A stretch of 64,000 nt of DNA from Octopus vulgaris (lineage: Eukaryota), in assembly GCA_951406725.2 (NCBI GenBank), contig OX597815.1, positions 204,538,001-204,602,000 on the forward strand, read 5' to 3'. The translations under genes and the position numbers were made by a program. Below are positions 31,050 through 44,565 of this stretch, piece after piece. The notes under the pieces were generated by a model, which saw nothing but the letters and a program-made list of their open reading frames with translations, ran no database searches and had not been told where the DNA came from. How positions within the stretch are numbered: the stretch's first letter is position 1; every line of letters begins with the position of its first letter.

Positions 31050-31575
31050 GTTTAGTCGATTATATTGACCTCAGTAGAAAGTCGACCTCAGCAGAATTTG
31101 AACTCAGAACGTAAAGCCAGAAGAAATACCTATTTCTTTACTACCCACAAGGGGTTAAACATAGAGGGGACAAACAAGGACAGACAAACAGGTTAAGTCG
31201 ATTATATCGACCCCAGTGCGCAACTGGTACTTATTTAATCGACCCCGAAAGGATGGAAGGCAAAGTCGACCTCGGCGGAATTTGAACTCAGAACGCAGAC
31301 GAAATACCGCTAGGCATTTCGCCCGGCGTGCTAACGACTCTGCCAGCTCGCCGCCTTCATCCGTTCTTTTGCAAGCACGCGGTCAGCAATTTGTGGGTAG
31401 AGAGTAAGTCGATAACGTGGAACCCAGTGTTCAGCTAGTACTTAATTTACCGACCCTGAAATGATAAAAGGCAATATCAACCTCGGCGGAATTTGAACTC
31501 AAAGCGTGGAGACGGACAAAATGCTGCTAATCATCATGTCCGGCGTACTAACGATTTCGTTTGGTTGCTACCTTA
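31050..31575 (-). mobile_element. cluster of family C SINEs
   Basis: Young copy ~31130-31357 abutting older copies on both sides. Confidence 0.85.
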
Positions 31576-31764
31576 GATAACACTTAGATAATGTGCACTT
31601 ACCTAGAGATTACGTAACGGTCTGAATCATTTATAAATTGAAATGGCACACAGTAATAACCTGCCGATTTACTATAACGTTATATATATGCATATATATG
31701 CATAATGTTATTATATATATGCATATATATATATGCATATATATATGCATATATATATATGCAT

Positions 31765-31940
31765 AGGCGCAGGAGTGGCTGTGTGGTAAGTAGCTTGCTA
31801 ACCAACCACATGGTTCCGGGTTCAGTCCCACTGCGTGGCATCTTAGGCAAGTGTCTTCTGCTATAGCCCCGGGCCGACCAATGCCTTGTGAGTGGATTTG
31901 GTAGACGGAAACTGAAAGAAGCCTGTCGTATATATGTATG

Positions 31941-31995
<55 letters not shown>

Positions 31996-32190
31996 TAGCA
32001 TTGCTTGACAACCGATGCTGGTGTGTTTACGTCCCCGTCACTTAGCGGTTCGACAAAAGAGACCGATAGAATAAGTACTGGGCTTACAAAGAATAAGTCC
32101 CGGGGTCGATTTGCTCGACTAAAGGTGGTGCTCCAGCATGGCCGCAGTCAAAATGACTGAAACGAGTAAAAGAGAAAAAAGAGTAAAAGA
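31765..32190 (+). mobile_element. SINE family A
   Basis: Full-length copy. Confidence 0.9.
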
Positions 32191-32251
32191 GTATATATAT
32201 ATGCATATATATGCATAACGTTATATATATACGATACATATACATACATAC

Positions 32252-32293
<42 letters not shown>

Positions 32294-32402
32294 TTACGTA
32301 TGTATGCATATATGTATCCAGGACAGATATTGGGTGGTGTACTCATTATATTCTGGGCTTTTTGATTATTCAAACTAATTTGCCCTAACGTCCAGTTGAG
32401 AA

Positions 32403-32472
<70 letters not shown>

Positions 32473-32756
32473 ATAATTAAGGCGGCGTGCAGACAGAATC
32501 GTTAGTAGGCCAAACGTTCTCAATTGAAATTCCGCCGAGGTCGACTTTGCCTTTCATGATTTCGGTGTCGATAAAAATAAGAACAAGTTGAGCACTGAGG
32601 TCGACATAATCGACCTACCCCTCCCTCGAAATGACTGGTTAAGAGCCAAACTATGAAACCATTACTATTATTATAAATAATTACTGGGACTGCTAAAGTT
32701 AATTCCTGTTACTGTTAACAGCATTTGCCTTTCTTCCAAGTATTAATCCAATACAT

Positions 32757-33140
32757 GTAGAGGCGCAATGGCCCAGTGGTTAGGGCAGCGGACTCGCGGT
32801 CGTAGGATCGCGGTTTCGATTCCCAGACCGGGCGTTGTGAGTGTTTATTGAGCGAAAACACATAAAGCTCCACGAGGCTCCGGCAGGGGATGGTGGTGAT
32901 CCCTGCTGTACTCTTTCACCACAACTTTTTCTCACTCTTACTTCCTGTTTCTATTGTACCTGTATTTCAAAGGGCCGGCCTTGTCACTCTCTGTGTCACG
33001 CTGAATATCCACGAGAACTACGTTAAGGGTGCACGTGTCTGTGGAGTGCTCAGCCACTTACACGTTAATTTCACGAGCAGGCTGTTCCGTTGATCGGATC
33101 AACCGGAACCCTCGTCGTCGTAACCGACGGAGTGCTTCCA
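32757..33140 (+). mobile_element. SINE family B
   Basis: Full-length head to CCCTCGTCGTCGTAACCGACGGAGTGC tail. Confidence 0.9.
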
Positions 33141-33371
33141 TCCAATCCAATGCATCTATAATATTCTTTCCTAACAATTTTTCTCTCATTTATGTCTTTT
33201 GAAGTTTGTTTAATTCTTCTAGATCGTCGTCATCATCATAATCAACATCATCATAATCATCATCACGACTACCATCACCACCTTCGATGCTACCACACTC
33301 CACCACCATCGCCACCAAGCACTACTGCCGCCACCAACATCACCACCAACACTATCCTACGACTGTTCTTG

Positions 33372-33547
33372 TTGGTGGTGGTGGTGGTGGTGGTGGTGGT
33401 GGTGGTGGTGGTGGTGGTGGTGGTGGTGGTGGTGGTGGTGGTGGTGGTGGTGGTGGTGGTGGTGGTGGTGGTGGTGGTGGTGGTGGTGGTGGTAGAGGTG
33501 GTGGTGGTTGGTGGTGGTGGTGGTGGTGGTGGTGGTGGTGGTGGTGG

Positions 33548-33600
<53 letters not shown>
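33372..33600. repeat. (GGT)n followed by (TTG)n trinucleotide tract
   Basis: Directly visible. Confidence 0.97.
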
Positions 33601-33831
33601 AAGCAACAAGACGGGTAAGGGTGATTAGGTGATGGTCTAGGGCTTAGGGGCGGGAGACCCCAGACCTTGGAAAAAAGACTTTGGTCGTTTTGTAGTCGAG
33701 GGCTCTTCGTTGACGCCCGTCACCACTGGGGGGTGACCCTCGAAGTCGCTGGAAATGGAGATCTCCAGATCCAAATTCTTGGACGGCTGTTGTTGTTGGT
33801 GTAGTCGTTGTCATTGTTTATTATTTCATAA

Positions 33832-34225
33832 AGCGGCGAGCTGGCAGAAACGTTAGCACGCCGGGCGAAATGCTTAGCGGTATTTCGTCTGCCGTTGCGT
33901 TCTGAGTTCAAATTCCGCCGAGGTCGACTTTGCCTTTCATCCTTTCGGAGTTGATAAATTAAGTACCAGTTACGCACAGGAGTCGATGTAATCGACTTAA
34001 TCCGTTTGTCTGTCCTTGTTTGTCCTCTCTGTGTTTAGCCCCTTGTGGGTAGTAAAGAAATAGGTATTTCGTTTGCCGTTACGTTCTGAGTTCAAATTCC
34101 GCCGAGGTCAACTTTGCCTTTCATCCTTTCGGGGTTGATAAATTAAGTACCAGTTGCTCACTGTGGTCGATTTGATCGACTGGTCCCAAAAATTTCGAGC
34201 CTTATTCTTTGAGTAGAAAAGATTA
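33832..34225 (+). mobile_element. family C SINE, dimer-like
   Basis: Head, core, tail, then a second core restarting at GGTATTTCG (~34042). Confidence 0.88.
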
Positions 34226-34559
34226 TTCTATTACTTCATGGTATTGATATCATCGCAGTTTTATTGTACTTTCTATAAAAACCCCAACTCGTAATCTAGA
34301 ATGAGAAGTACTTTGTACTTTCCTACTTTCCATATAAAAGTTTGCTTTTTCTGCACATGATATAATCTCTTCTAAGGTGGCGAGCTGGCAGAACGTTAGC
34401 TCGTCGGGCAAAATGATGCCAAGCGGCATTTCGTCCGTCTTTACATTCTGAGTACAAGTTGAACGCTGGAAGTCGTTGTAATCGACTTACCCGCTTCCCT
34501 GAAACGACTGGCCCTGTGGGAAAATTTGAAACCAATATCTGTTCTAACTTTATACTAAG

Positions 34560-36720
34560 GATTTGCCGGATAATTCTTGATGAACTTAGTAAATATGTTT
34601 TCTGCACTGCCCCAATAATAATCGGGACGATCGTGACTGTTAACCACTTTGTTCCAGCATTTGAAGATTTCATTCTTCAAGTTGGTATAGTACTTCATTT
34701 TCCCCTTTTTTCATTCTGTTTCTGATATCAAGTAAGCATATCACGCAGGTTACAACAACTACAAATTCGGCCTCTTGTGTTCTATTCTTTTTTCGATTTG
34801 TAATAGGAAAGTTCTACAATCCGCTTCATCGTTTTCGAAGTATTATATTTCAGTTCCCACAAAATGATCATAGCTCTTTTTTTTTTTTCGTGTAGTCTAA
34901 ATGAAATTTCTGGCAAGAATTCCTATCAATTAATGTAGCAATTTTATCGTGCTAATCATTTTTATTTTCATTCTAAGTTTCGTCTAAATTATAGCATATT
35001 GCACATTTGGGTGGACAGTCTTGCTGCTTTATCAATTTTCTAATTCAATTTTCCCTTAGGGTCTGTTCCTGTAATTTTTCAATACTTCTTTCAAAACCAA
35101 TTACTCTTAACTCTTTTGCTGTTTCGAACCCTTTCTTTTCTATTTGCTATTTTGTTTCAAGATATCCCCTTACACCTTCTTTAGACTTTGGACTATTCTT
35201 CTATGCGATTCAAATCTTTACGCTTTCGATTCTCCGCTGCCACCATAGCTCCTTCTGACTCCTGCTTTTCTTTCTTCTTTCCAACCAGTTCACCTACTAA
35301 AACTGAAGCGGTTCTAATCAAGTCCCTTGTTTCCAATAGATCTTTTACTGGAATCTACTTCAGAATCCCATCAACCTTTTGGGTTGGGTCGCGCGTTTCA
35401 ATTTGTCACAGTTGAGGCATGGTCTCTTGTAACCATTATATCTTCGAGTTTTATCACGATGTTTCTTAGTTCTTTAGTCATATTCTCTCGTAATACAGAG
35501 GTTCTTCGCTTTATATTGATCGGTTGGCCTCCCCCGTATTACATCTTATCTTGCCTACCCATTCGATGATCTTCACATTTGTAAAGAACATTTAACTGAA
35601 ATCTAGAATCTACCTAGTCTGAACCAATCAACCTGCCGCAGTCATCATCACGTCGGGGTCACCACTGTAAAGGGAACTAGTTGCTTCTTTACACTTTTGG
35701 GGTGCAACTTGGGTGCAACACAATTTCCTTTCCTTTTGTTTCTAGAAACTACCAGTCAGGAACGAAATGCAAGTTTTAAAATATATACAATTCTTTATTC
35801 TCTGTTTCAACAATGAAACACGATGGTATACTGGTATCCACCTAGTTCAACACAGCAAGGCTGAATTCTAACGTTTGTAAGATTCTTACAACAATTCAGC
35901 AGCAATAGAACAGGTTAAATCCTAAGCGTCTGGGACAGGAGAATAGGCTGATCACACGTTTAAAAATACGTCCTTTCTCTTCTATCGCCGTGTCTCAAGT
36001 CCCCGACGCTATTAAGGAACGCGATAGAATTTCTTCTTCAGTCTCTAGCGCATGTGCATGAGGGAACTTCCTTATGCCTTTCCAGAAGGTTCCAACGCCG
36101 CACACGCACACTGAAGAATGACGTTGCGTGTGCACACACTGGAATATGACTTCACTACACATTCATAATCCTCCCCGAGGTTATCACTGATTGTCTGAAT
36201 CTGGGCCTCATCAAGAAAGCCTCTATTCCGAATCATTCTTATCTGGTTCATGAGCACATTTTCAGTAACATGGAACATACCTAGCTGGTTCCAAAGTCCT
36301 CAAGATCTTTTTCTGACAGCTTTACATTTGCTATTATTCTTGTCTAGCAAGGTTTGTTCATGGCATTTAATTACCCGTTTATTCATATCGATAAACCACT
36401 TGCGTTTGACCGGTAAAAGGACTACAACTGGGTGGAGTCTCGTTTCCACTCCGTTGCCCTCTGAGGGGCCCCTGCCGGACGCAGGAGACCTGGTGTCTTG
36501 GACATCCAGGAGTGTCTTCCCGTACATGCCGTTATTTGGATTGGTATTAGTTGCCATCATTGCAACGAATTCATTATTCCTTCATAACACAGTGTAGGTT
36601 AAAATGCACCGGAGTCTTTAGTCATCTGTCAAGTCACAACAAGGACCTCGGACAGATGATACTTTCCTTAAGATGTGTACTGTGTCCAATAAGGATGCTT
36701 TTTGCCAGGCATCAGTCTTG
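34560..36720 (-). mobile_element. degenerate R4/Dong-like non-LTR retrotransposon pieces
   Basis: C-terminal QKASLLDTVHILRKV (36661-36705); N-terminal KRKW and LMNQIRMIRNRGFL; REL-type VTIVPIIIGA (34610-34640). Confidence 0.55.
35647..36159 (-). mobile_element. LTR plus tRNA-Trp primer-binding site of an LTR retrotransposon (remnant)
   Basis: Minus strand: TG...AATAAA...TTTACA, 1-nt spacer, then the 18-nt PBS TGGTGACCCCGACGTGAT (35647-35664). Confidence 0.75.
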
Positions 36721-36922
36721 CATAGGATTTCCAGTTGCCTTAAGTTGATATGTGTTCAATAACTGAAGACTAAACGTTGTGATATAGAAAGAGAACATTT
36801 TCTCCTGCAGCTGATACAGAAAGAGAGAAGAGATACAGATCGGTAGACAAACACACCGCAGACAGACTGGCAGAGAGAGTGAGAGGGGGAGAAGGGAGGG
36901 ACTGAGAGAGGGAGAGAAATAC

Positions 36923-36996
<74 letters not shown>

Positions 36997-37892
36997 AGCA
37001 ACTTGTTGAATTATGTCTAAGCATCTCAAGGCGGTGGATTTGCAGAATCGTTAAAGAACTGGAAAAATTGCCTTGCTGCATCTCTTCTGGCTCTTTAAAT
37101 TCTAAGTTTAAATCCCGCCGACACCAGCTTTGCTTTTTATTCTTTCAAGAACTAGAGTCGATAGTCAAGAACTGGGGTCGGTAGTATCAACTAACTCCCG
37201 TCTCCTCATACTTTCTGCCCCAGTGCCTAAATCAGAAACAATTATTTCTAAGAGCCTAAATCATCATCATTCTTTTTCTGCCTTTTGTAAATATCGATTT
37301 ATTTAGTACAGGGTTCAAAACTAACTTCCTAGAGACGACTATAATATGTTAAACCCATTCAAGGAATTTATTGATTTTTAACATAGATGCACAGTTCAAA
37401 TTTGGAGGAACTCAGGAGCTGTCATTTATATATTGAAACCAGCATTTATCTAGCACTCACTTTATCAACCTAGAATCATCAAATGCGCAATAAATTTCCG
37501 TTGCAATCGGACAGGCAACACAAAAAGATATAAGTAAATACTCTGAAAGACATTATGTTCGACATGTAGAGCCAGACGCCGACATCTAAATGTAATCAAC
37601 TTTAGTGGTCTTTAGTTGCTGACAAGCTCACAATTGACATGTAAAGCATAAAATCTTTGATCATTATTTATCACCTACTGTCCCTTCTGTAGAGCCTCAC
37701 CCTCCAAACTCAGTCCTAAATATTATTCCAATTCTTTTGTACTCTCGGAAATATTCACATCCTCCACATATTTTTTTTATTTCTGTGATTAACCTACAGA
37801 TGTACAAGGTGAATATCAACTAGATCATTTGAATTAGTCTAGGATGACCTAAAACAGTAATACTTACTACCTTCTCCCTTTATCAATGTATT

Positions 37893-37938
<46 letters not shown>

Positions 37939-37981
37939 ATGATAAATCTCAGAGCGAGTTATAAATGGAAAATATGCGTCA

Positions 37982-38018
<37 letters not shown>

Positions 38019-38229
38019 AATTATGAGAGTTACCACTATGTGGATAGCTCTAGTGCTAAAAATAGCTCCGTTACTAGTATAGCCACAGAAAAGATGTTTC
38101 CAAGGAGAAATAATATTACACTTAACGGAAGGAAAGTGAAATATAACGAAAAAATAGATTGACCCTGAACAATTGTTTCATTACTAATGTAATATGTAAT
38201 TTTACTTACAAAGACATCTATAAATCATG

Positions 38230-39200
38230 TATATATACCCGGCGTTACCCGGGTTAAAGAGAATAAATTGTAAAACGCCGTCTAGATTACGCAGGTCTCA
38301 ACTTCTTGTAGCTGAGATACCAACTTTCTACATTAATAACTCTCCAACCCATGCTAGCATGGAACATAGACGTTAAGTGAAATTTTAAAAGGTTTTCAAC
38401 TCATATATGTTTATAAAGTAAATACACGTAATTCAAAATCACGTTTTGTGATTCATTTGACAGAGGTAGCAGAGAGCCGATCCGATGATAAATCTGATCT
38501 TGAATCTTGAAAGTTTGCATGAATCCTGGCTCAGTTAAATCTCTTGTGGCTCCAAATGATGTCATCAGTAGTGTAACGTTGTATTGTCTAATTTTGTGTT
38601 GGAAGTGCTTGGAATTTTGGTCAGTTGATGACAACAATTTCTTCAATCGTTCTGAAGTTTGGGGGAAGTTTAACCATGCCATCACTGCAGCACAGTGCAG
38701 GTGTCTCTCTGGGTCACTTCTTTGCTTTACAATGTATGCACTCAGTTGTCATTGCACCAATGGAAACTCTAGTGCCATCTGCATAATGAACTGCTGGATC
38801 ATGATTGAAAGTTGCTTCATATAATCTGCTTCTCTAAGCTGTTGCAACTGATCTTCGTTGCAACTGCAGTGGATATTATAAGCTTTGATACTTGGTTGTT
38901 AATTATCGTGGAAGACATTCAACATCCGAGTACCAATCTCAAAATCCTAGCTGTCCCCAGCAGAGCAGATTTTGAGCTTACTCTACTCTCGTGTCAATTC
39001 CGATTTCTCTGACATATTTCTCGAACTTGGTTGTTAATACTCCGAGTGTCCCTACAAATACTGAGATGGCAGACGCTCTCATAGTCCACGTTTTTTCGAA
39101 ATTTCGTCTTTTAGTAGTCGGCACTTTTCAGCCTTTTCTAGTTCTTTGTCACTTATTCGTGCACCCCTAGGTATCGCAAAATCTATAATTTTGGTCTCCC
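38230..39200 (-). mobile_element. Helitron/Helentron Rep fragment
   Basis: HFQHKIRQYN..LMTSFGA..PGFMQTFKIQDQIYHRIGSLLP matches the Helitron Rep N-terminal region; TACCCGGCGTTACCCGGGT subterminal hairpin-like motif at ~38236. Confidence 0.7.
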
Positions 39201-39239
39201 GTCCTAAAAATATATGCAAACATCAAGAAAAGAAAAACT

Positions 39240-40300
39240 TGATGAAATATTTTAATTTATTCAGATATCACGATATTAATACAATTTACCTTTAACCTCT
39301 AGAATTACGAGAGGTGCTCAAAGTGGTGTCCAATAATTTCCAGGCACTTATTCGTATAGCAAACTGCTGTTAGAGCAACATTGACCAAAGTGTCCAATGT
39401 AGCCAATTTCTACGATACATGTCATCCTTTAGGATGCCCCATGAGTAAAAGTTTGCAAGAATTAAATCAGGGAGACGCGCAAGGAAATCAACTGCACCTC
39501 TTCGTCCTATCCAATGTCCTTGAAAATTCTCATCCATGTAGGCTCACACGTCCCGGCCAGTATTGTTGTGGAATGCCGTGTTGCTGAAATATAAATTCAT
39601 AATTTCCATAAAGTACACGTATGGCATGTAAAATGGACATGTGTAGCGTGTCTAAATACGAAAAATGCTCCTATTGAACCTCTTGATAACACACCATACC
39701 AGACATTGATGCCTGCTTTGTCTATACGCAAGCAAGTATCTTCTAGTACCCACTAAACATTAGGGTTGGTACCCACTAAACATTATTATGTCGGTTCACA
39801 GTTCCATTTAGCTTAAATTGTGCTTCATCAGACCGCACAATCACCCTCAGAAACACTTCATCCTCACCTACCATGTGTTAAAACCACCCACAAAACTCGA
39901 TTCTTCAGTTTATTGCATATAATAATTTTAGGATGTACATTTTCCAGTTAGCTCCTTTAGAATGTGTCGTATGCCTGTACTGCTTATTCCTGTTTGGCAC
40001 GCACATTGTGGTAAAGTTCCGTTGTGAGTATGCGAAACATTACAACACCCTAGCGGAATAAGCAGCACTCGTTACAGAACGTGGTCTGCTGGATTTTCCC
40101 TCCTGCACATCACATACTGTACCTTGTGTTTTGAACATTTAACAAATCTATGAAATCATCAAGTGTGGTGGAGGTTCTGTTCCAAATTCACGCTTCCATC
40201 GTCGTTAAACTTCAACATTCTCAAATTTGAAATGCTACTTTAAAATGGTTTTACATTCCTTAAATGAGAACCGTACGACTACCATTTTGTCACAGTTTCT
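39240..40300 (-). mobile_element. degenerate Tc1/mariner-superfamily transposase
   Basis: SDEAQFKLNGTVNRHN, FQQHGIP (FQQDGAP-like), ARLPDLILANFYSWGILK (RSPDL..DF.LWG-like); multiple stops. Confidence 0.65.
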
Positions 40301-40599
40301 CACAATCACATCAAGAAGTCATAAGAAAATTGGAAATTCAACCTAACTTTTTCAGTATCACACTTTACTAACTGTAAAAATTACGATATTTTTATAATGA
40401 AAATTTCTCTAAAATTTTCATAATTTTTTTTAAAGTTTTTAAGCCAGTCACATTGAAAAAGGTCAAAAAAGGCAAAAAAGTTAATAGTAATTTGTATTAA
40501 TCCTGTGACACCTGAAGAAAGTTAGTGTTAAAATATTTCGACACGTTTTTCTTTTCCTGATGTGTGCATACACTTGGTGGCGGTGGGGTGTCGTAATTC

Positions 40600-40689
40600 T
40601 GTATATATGTATGTATGTACGTATGTATGTATGCATGCATGCAAGTATGTATATATGTATGTATGTATGTATGCATGCATGCAAGTATG

Positions 40690-40723
<34 letters not shown>

Positions 40724-41075
40724 TGTATGTATGTATGTATGTATGTATGCATGCATGCAAGTATGTATATATATATGTATGTATGTATGTATATGTATGT
40801 ATGTATGTATGTATGTATATATATATGTATGTATGTATGTATGTATGCATGCATGTATGCATGCATGTATGCATGTATATATGTATATATGTATGCATGC
40901 ATGCATGCATGTATGTATGTATGTATGTATATATGCATGCATGCATGTATGTATATATGCATGCATGTATGTATGTATGTATGTATGTATGTATGTATGT
41001 ATGTATGTATGTATGTATGTATGTATGTATGTATGTATGCATGTATGTATGTACGTATGTACATATGTATGTATG
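40600..41075. repeat. (TATG)/(CATG)n compound microsatellite
   Basis: Directly visible; ends ~45 bp before the ENT acceptor at 41120. Confidence 0.95.
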
Positions 41076-41120
41076 TAACGAGCTCGCATGTTTTAATGCT
41101 GTCCTTCAATTTCTCCGCAG

Positions 41121-41262
41121 CCCAATTCCAACTTATTGAAGCCAACAGATTCAGAGATGAAGCTGCAAGATTCATTCAATTTGATAAGAATAGAATCTGA
41201 AGATGCTGGTAGCAATGGAATTTACAATAAAGCCTGTCAAGAAGGTGACCATCCTCAAGCAT
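41121..41262 (+). CDS. SLC29A1-like: ENT coding exon (N-terminal tail PNSNLLKPTDSEMKLQD...GDHPQA)
   Basis: Acceptor TTCTCCGCAG, donor GTAAGT, only one open frame, phase-1 end matches the next exon. Confidence 0.7.
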
Positions 41263-41696
41263 GTAAGTGTCCGTTTCTGCTACTATATAGTTTAATTTGT
41301 ATACGATCTTACCAAAAATAGAATTGAAACGTAATCAATAGTTTTTGATTACAACCTATGTGAGATGTAGTGTTTAACGATTTTCTAAATAGAGTAACTC
41401 TTTGGACACTCTCTTAAAACTGCAAAACCTAATATTTATGTTGTTATATTTAGAAAAAAAAATCAGTAAAACAGATCACTAGCCACACTTTGTCGACCTT
41501 GTAGTAGCTATTAGGTTTTGATTAGTGTTCGCTTTCTACTCACATAAAATCGCACATACGTACTTTATAAAGAAATACCAAATTTGCACACAGGCAAATT
41601 TCTTCGAACATCCACAGTAAAATGAGAGAGAGAGAGAGAGAGAGAAAACGTCCAAGATAATGTTCGGAGTGCAGACGATTTCTATCTGTAAGGAGA

Positions 41697-41790
41697 GACA
41701 GACACAAGGACGAGAAGACAGACGGAGAGACGAGAAGACAGACACAGAGACGAGAAGACAGACACAGAGACGAGAAGACAGACACAGAGA
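41697..41790. repeat. ~21-bp tandem repeat (GACAGACACAGAGACGAGAA-type)
   Basis: About four imperfect units. Confidence 0.8.
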
Positions 41791-43087
41791 CAGTATAGAA
41801 AGAACGAAATCTGAGTGTGTTGGCAAATATTCATTGCAGTGTATGAATAATCAGTGAAATAATCATTATTTATGAATAACCAGTGAAAGGGAAACCAACG
41901 GAAATGTCAACTAAAGCAAATTCCATACTAAATCTTTGTTTTGGTTTTTCTCCTTAATTGAATGTTTACTATGAAAACAAATTATTGATTGACCAACTAA
42001 TTGAATAATGTGATATCATGTTTTGTCAGCAGTTATACCTAATTTTTTTGTGATCTAGTCAGAGGAAAATTGACAACACCCATGAATTTTTGTGGAACAC
42101 TGAGAATATTAAAAGGAAAGGGAGGAAAGAAGAATCCATGAACAATAGTAGGGATCAGTGTTCCAAGATACCGAGTTGCCCTCGGACCAGAGCCTCGGTC
42201 AAAGTACTTGCAACAGAATGGACTCCCAATGGTCTGAGGATGTTAAACCGGGCGCCAGATTGGGTCTTCACTGTAAAGCCAACTCTCTTTCTATTATATT
42301 GCCTTTAATAGAGAGCGTTGCACAACACAGTGTAACTATATCTAAAATACAAACATGTATTTGGTAACATTTTGCTCATGGAGTGGCTTGATTAGAGGTA
42401 ATTTGGTGTTGAACGAGAGCAGAAAGAAAAATTTACATCTTCCTCAAAGACACATTGAATAATCAACCAAGCCATAGGTCAAATTTAGTCTAATCTAATC
42501 GTAATAAAAACAGAAGACCGAATAACATACAAATGGCGTATGAGCGAGGATTATCCTCTCAAAGGCGAAATATTTGAATATAAAGGTATTAATACAACTG
42601 CCTCTAATTAACGATTTGTAGTATATTACTAATTACAACAAGACATCAATTAGGAAATTTAGTTTAATTCGCACCGAATTCTGCGTTTGTCTGCCACATT
42701 TTTACACATAAACATATGAACGCGTATTCAAACTTCTGCTAGACATCGATAATGTTGGATCGCAATAGGGAATGTTTTGCATTTGGACAAAGAAATCAAG
42801 TTAACAGGAAAATATCTAAATTTCATTTAGATAGATATTGGCTACTAAATGGAAAGCTGTTTGGATAATCAGTCCAAAAGTTTAAAACTTAGAACTGAAA
42901 TCTTCCTAAAGCTAGCATAGCCAACAGTCTATCGATTATACTTAGCAAAATTACAGATGTGATAATCTCGCTGCTGTGGTATTTTTATCACGAGAAAAAT
43001 CTATAACTGTTCCTTGAATACTTTTTCCTGTATGCTCCGAGGTATGTCACAGAATACGTTGAACCAATATTTTATCGTATTTTATAG

Positions 43088-43166
43088 ACGCAAAAGAAAT
43101 GAATTCAAACGGCAGCATCAGCAAGGCATCAGCACAAGTTCCAGAGGAAATACCACCACGTGATAA
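43088..43166 (+). CDS. SLC29A1-like: ENT coding exon (YAKEMNSNG...EEIPPRDK)
   Basis: TTTTATAG acceptor, GTACGT donor; supplies the PPRD motif before ENT TM1 and the phase-2 junction K|WNT. Confidence 0.85.
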
Positions 43167-43213
43167 GTACGTAATCAGTGAATGCTTTGCTTAGATGTTC
43201 TATTTGTAAATAA

Positions 43214-43602
43214 GTGGAGGCGCAATGGCCCAGTGGTTAGGGCAGCGGACTCGCGGTCGTAGGATCGCGGTTCCGATTCCCAGACCGGGCGTTGTGAGTG
43301 TTCATTGAGCGAAAACACCTAAAAGCTCCACGAGGCTCCGGCAGGGGATGGTTGTGATCCCTGCTGTACTCTTTCACCACAACTTTCTCTCACTCTTACT
43401 TCCTGTTTCTGTTGTACCTGTATTTCAAAGGGCCGGCCTTGTCACTCTCTGTGTCACGCTGAATATCCCCGAGAACTACGTTAAGGGCGCACGTGTCTGT
43501 GGAGTGCTCAGCCACTTACACGTTAATTTCACGAGCAGGCTGTTCCGTTGATCGGATCAACCGGAACCCTCGTCGTCGTAACCGACGGAGTGCTTCCTCC
43601 TC
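43214..43602 (+). mobile_element. SINE family B with 14-bp TSD
   Basis: TSD CTATTTGTAAATAA at 43200-43213 and 43603-43616; 48 bp downstream of an ENT donor. Confidence 0.92.
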
Positions 43603-43641
43603 CTATTTGTAAATAAACTCGTGCATGCTTTACGTACATGT

Positions 43642-43689
<48 letters not shown>

Positions 43690-43782
43690 GTGTGTGTGTG
43701 TGTGTTGTGCACATATGTGTGCAAGCAGATAAACTTACACTCGTGGGTATAGGTATTACTTTATGAAGAATCTTGGAGATAT

Positions 43783-44205
43783 AGGCGCAGGAGTGGCTGT
43801 GTGGTAAGTAGCTTGCTAACCAACCACATGGTTCTGGGTTCAATCCCACTGCGTGGCATCTTGGGCAAGTGTCTTCTGCTATAGCCCCGGGCCGACCAAT
43901 GCCTTGTGAGAAGATTTGGTAGACGGAAACTGAAAGAAGCCTGTCGTATATATATGTATGTATATATATATATGTGTATGTGTGTGTGTGTGTTTGTGTG
44001 TCTGTGTTTGTCCCCCTAGAATTGCTTGACAACCGATGCTGGTGTGTGTTTACGTCCCCGTTACTTAGCGGTTCAGCAAAAGAGACCGATAGAATAAGTA
44101 CTGGGCTTACAAAGAATAAGTCCCGGGGTCGATTTGCTCGACTAAAGGCGGTGCTCCAGCATGGCCGCAGTCAAATGACTGAAACAAGTAATAGAGTAAA
44201 AGAGT
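43783..44205 (+). mobile_element. SINE family A
   Basis: Full-length copy. Confidence 0.9.
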
Positions 44206-44565
44206 ATATACTGCAATTTTTCCTCGATTGTATCTGGAGAATGTGAATCAGTCTATTCTGCTTTTATTATTCTAATATTTTCTGCTTTAGTTTGTGGAGA
44301 ACCCAAACATTTCTATGTTTTTTTTTATGCAGATCTATAGCTATTTAGTGAATACGTCACCAGTCTAGTGAAGGGGTCACTAGTATGGTGAGTTCACTAT
44401 CTTCGTAGCTAATCTGTAGCATAGTCCAATGGAGTGTTCTCAGTCTGGTTGAAGTGACGACGTCGGCGGGAGCAATTTGTTGATACCGTGTCTGTGTGTT
44501 CGTTCAATAGAAATTGGTATACAAAGACAGGCGGACAAAACTCAACCTTGTTCAACAGCAAAGTT

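Noticed and set aside
33192-33628. Poly-V/G/P/H ORFs
   Set aside because: Translation of (GGT)n and (TTG)n tracts
43214-43290. tRNA-like sequences at SINE heads (also 3195-3269, 13340-13413, 32757-32830, 47425-47497)
   Set aside because: Continuous with SINE bodies and TSD-flanked; not standalone tRNA genes
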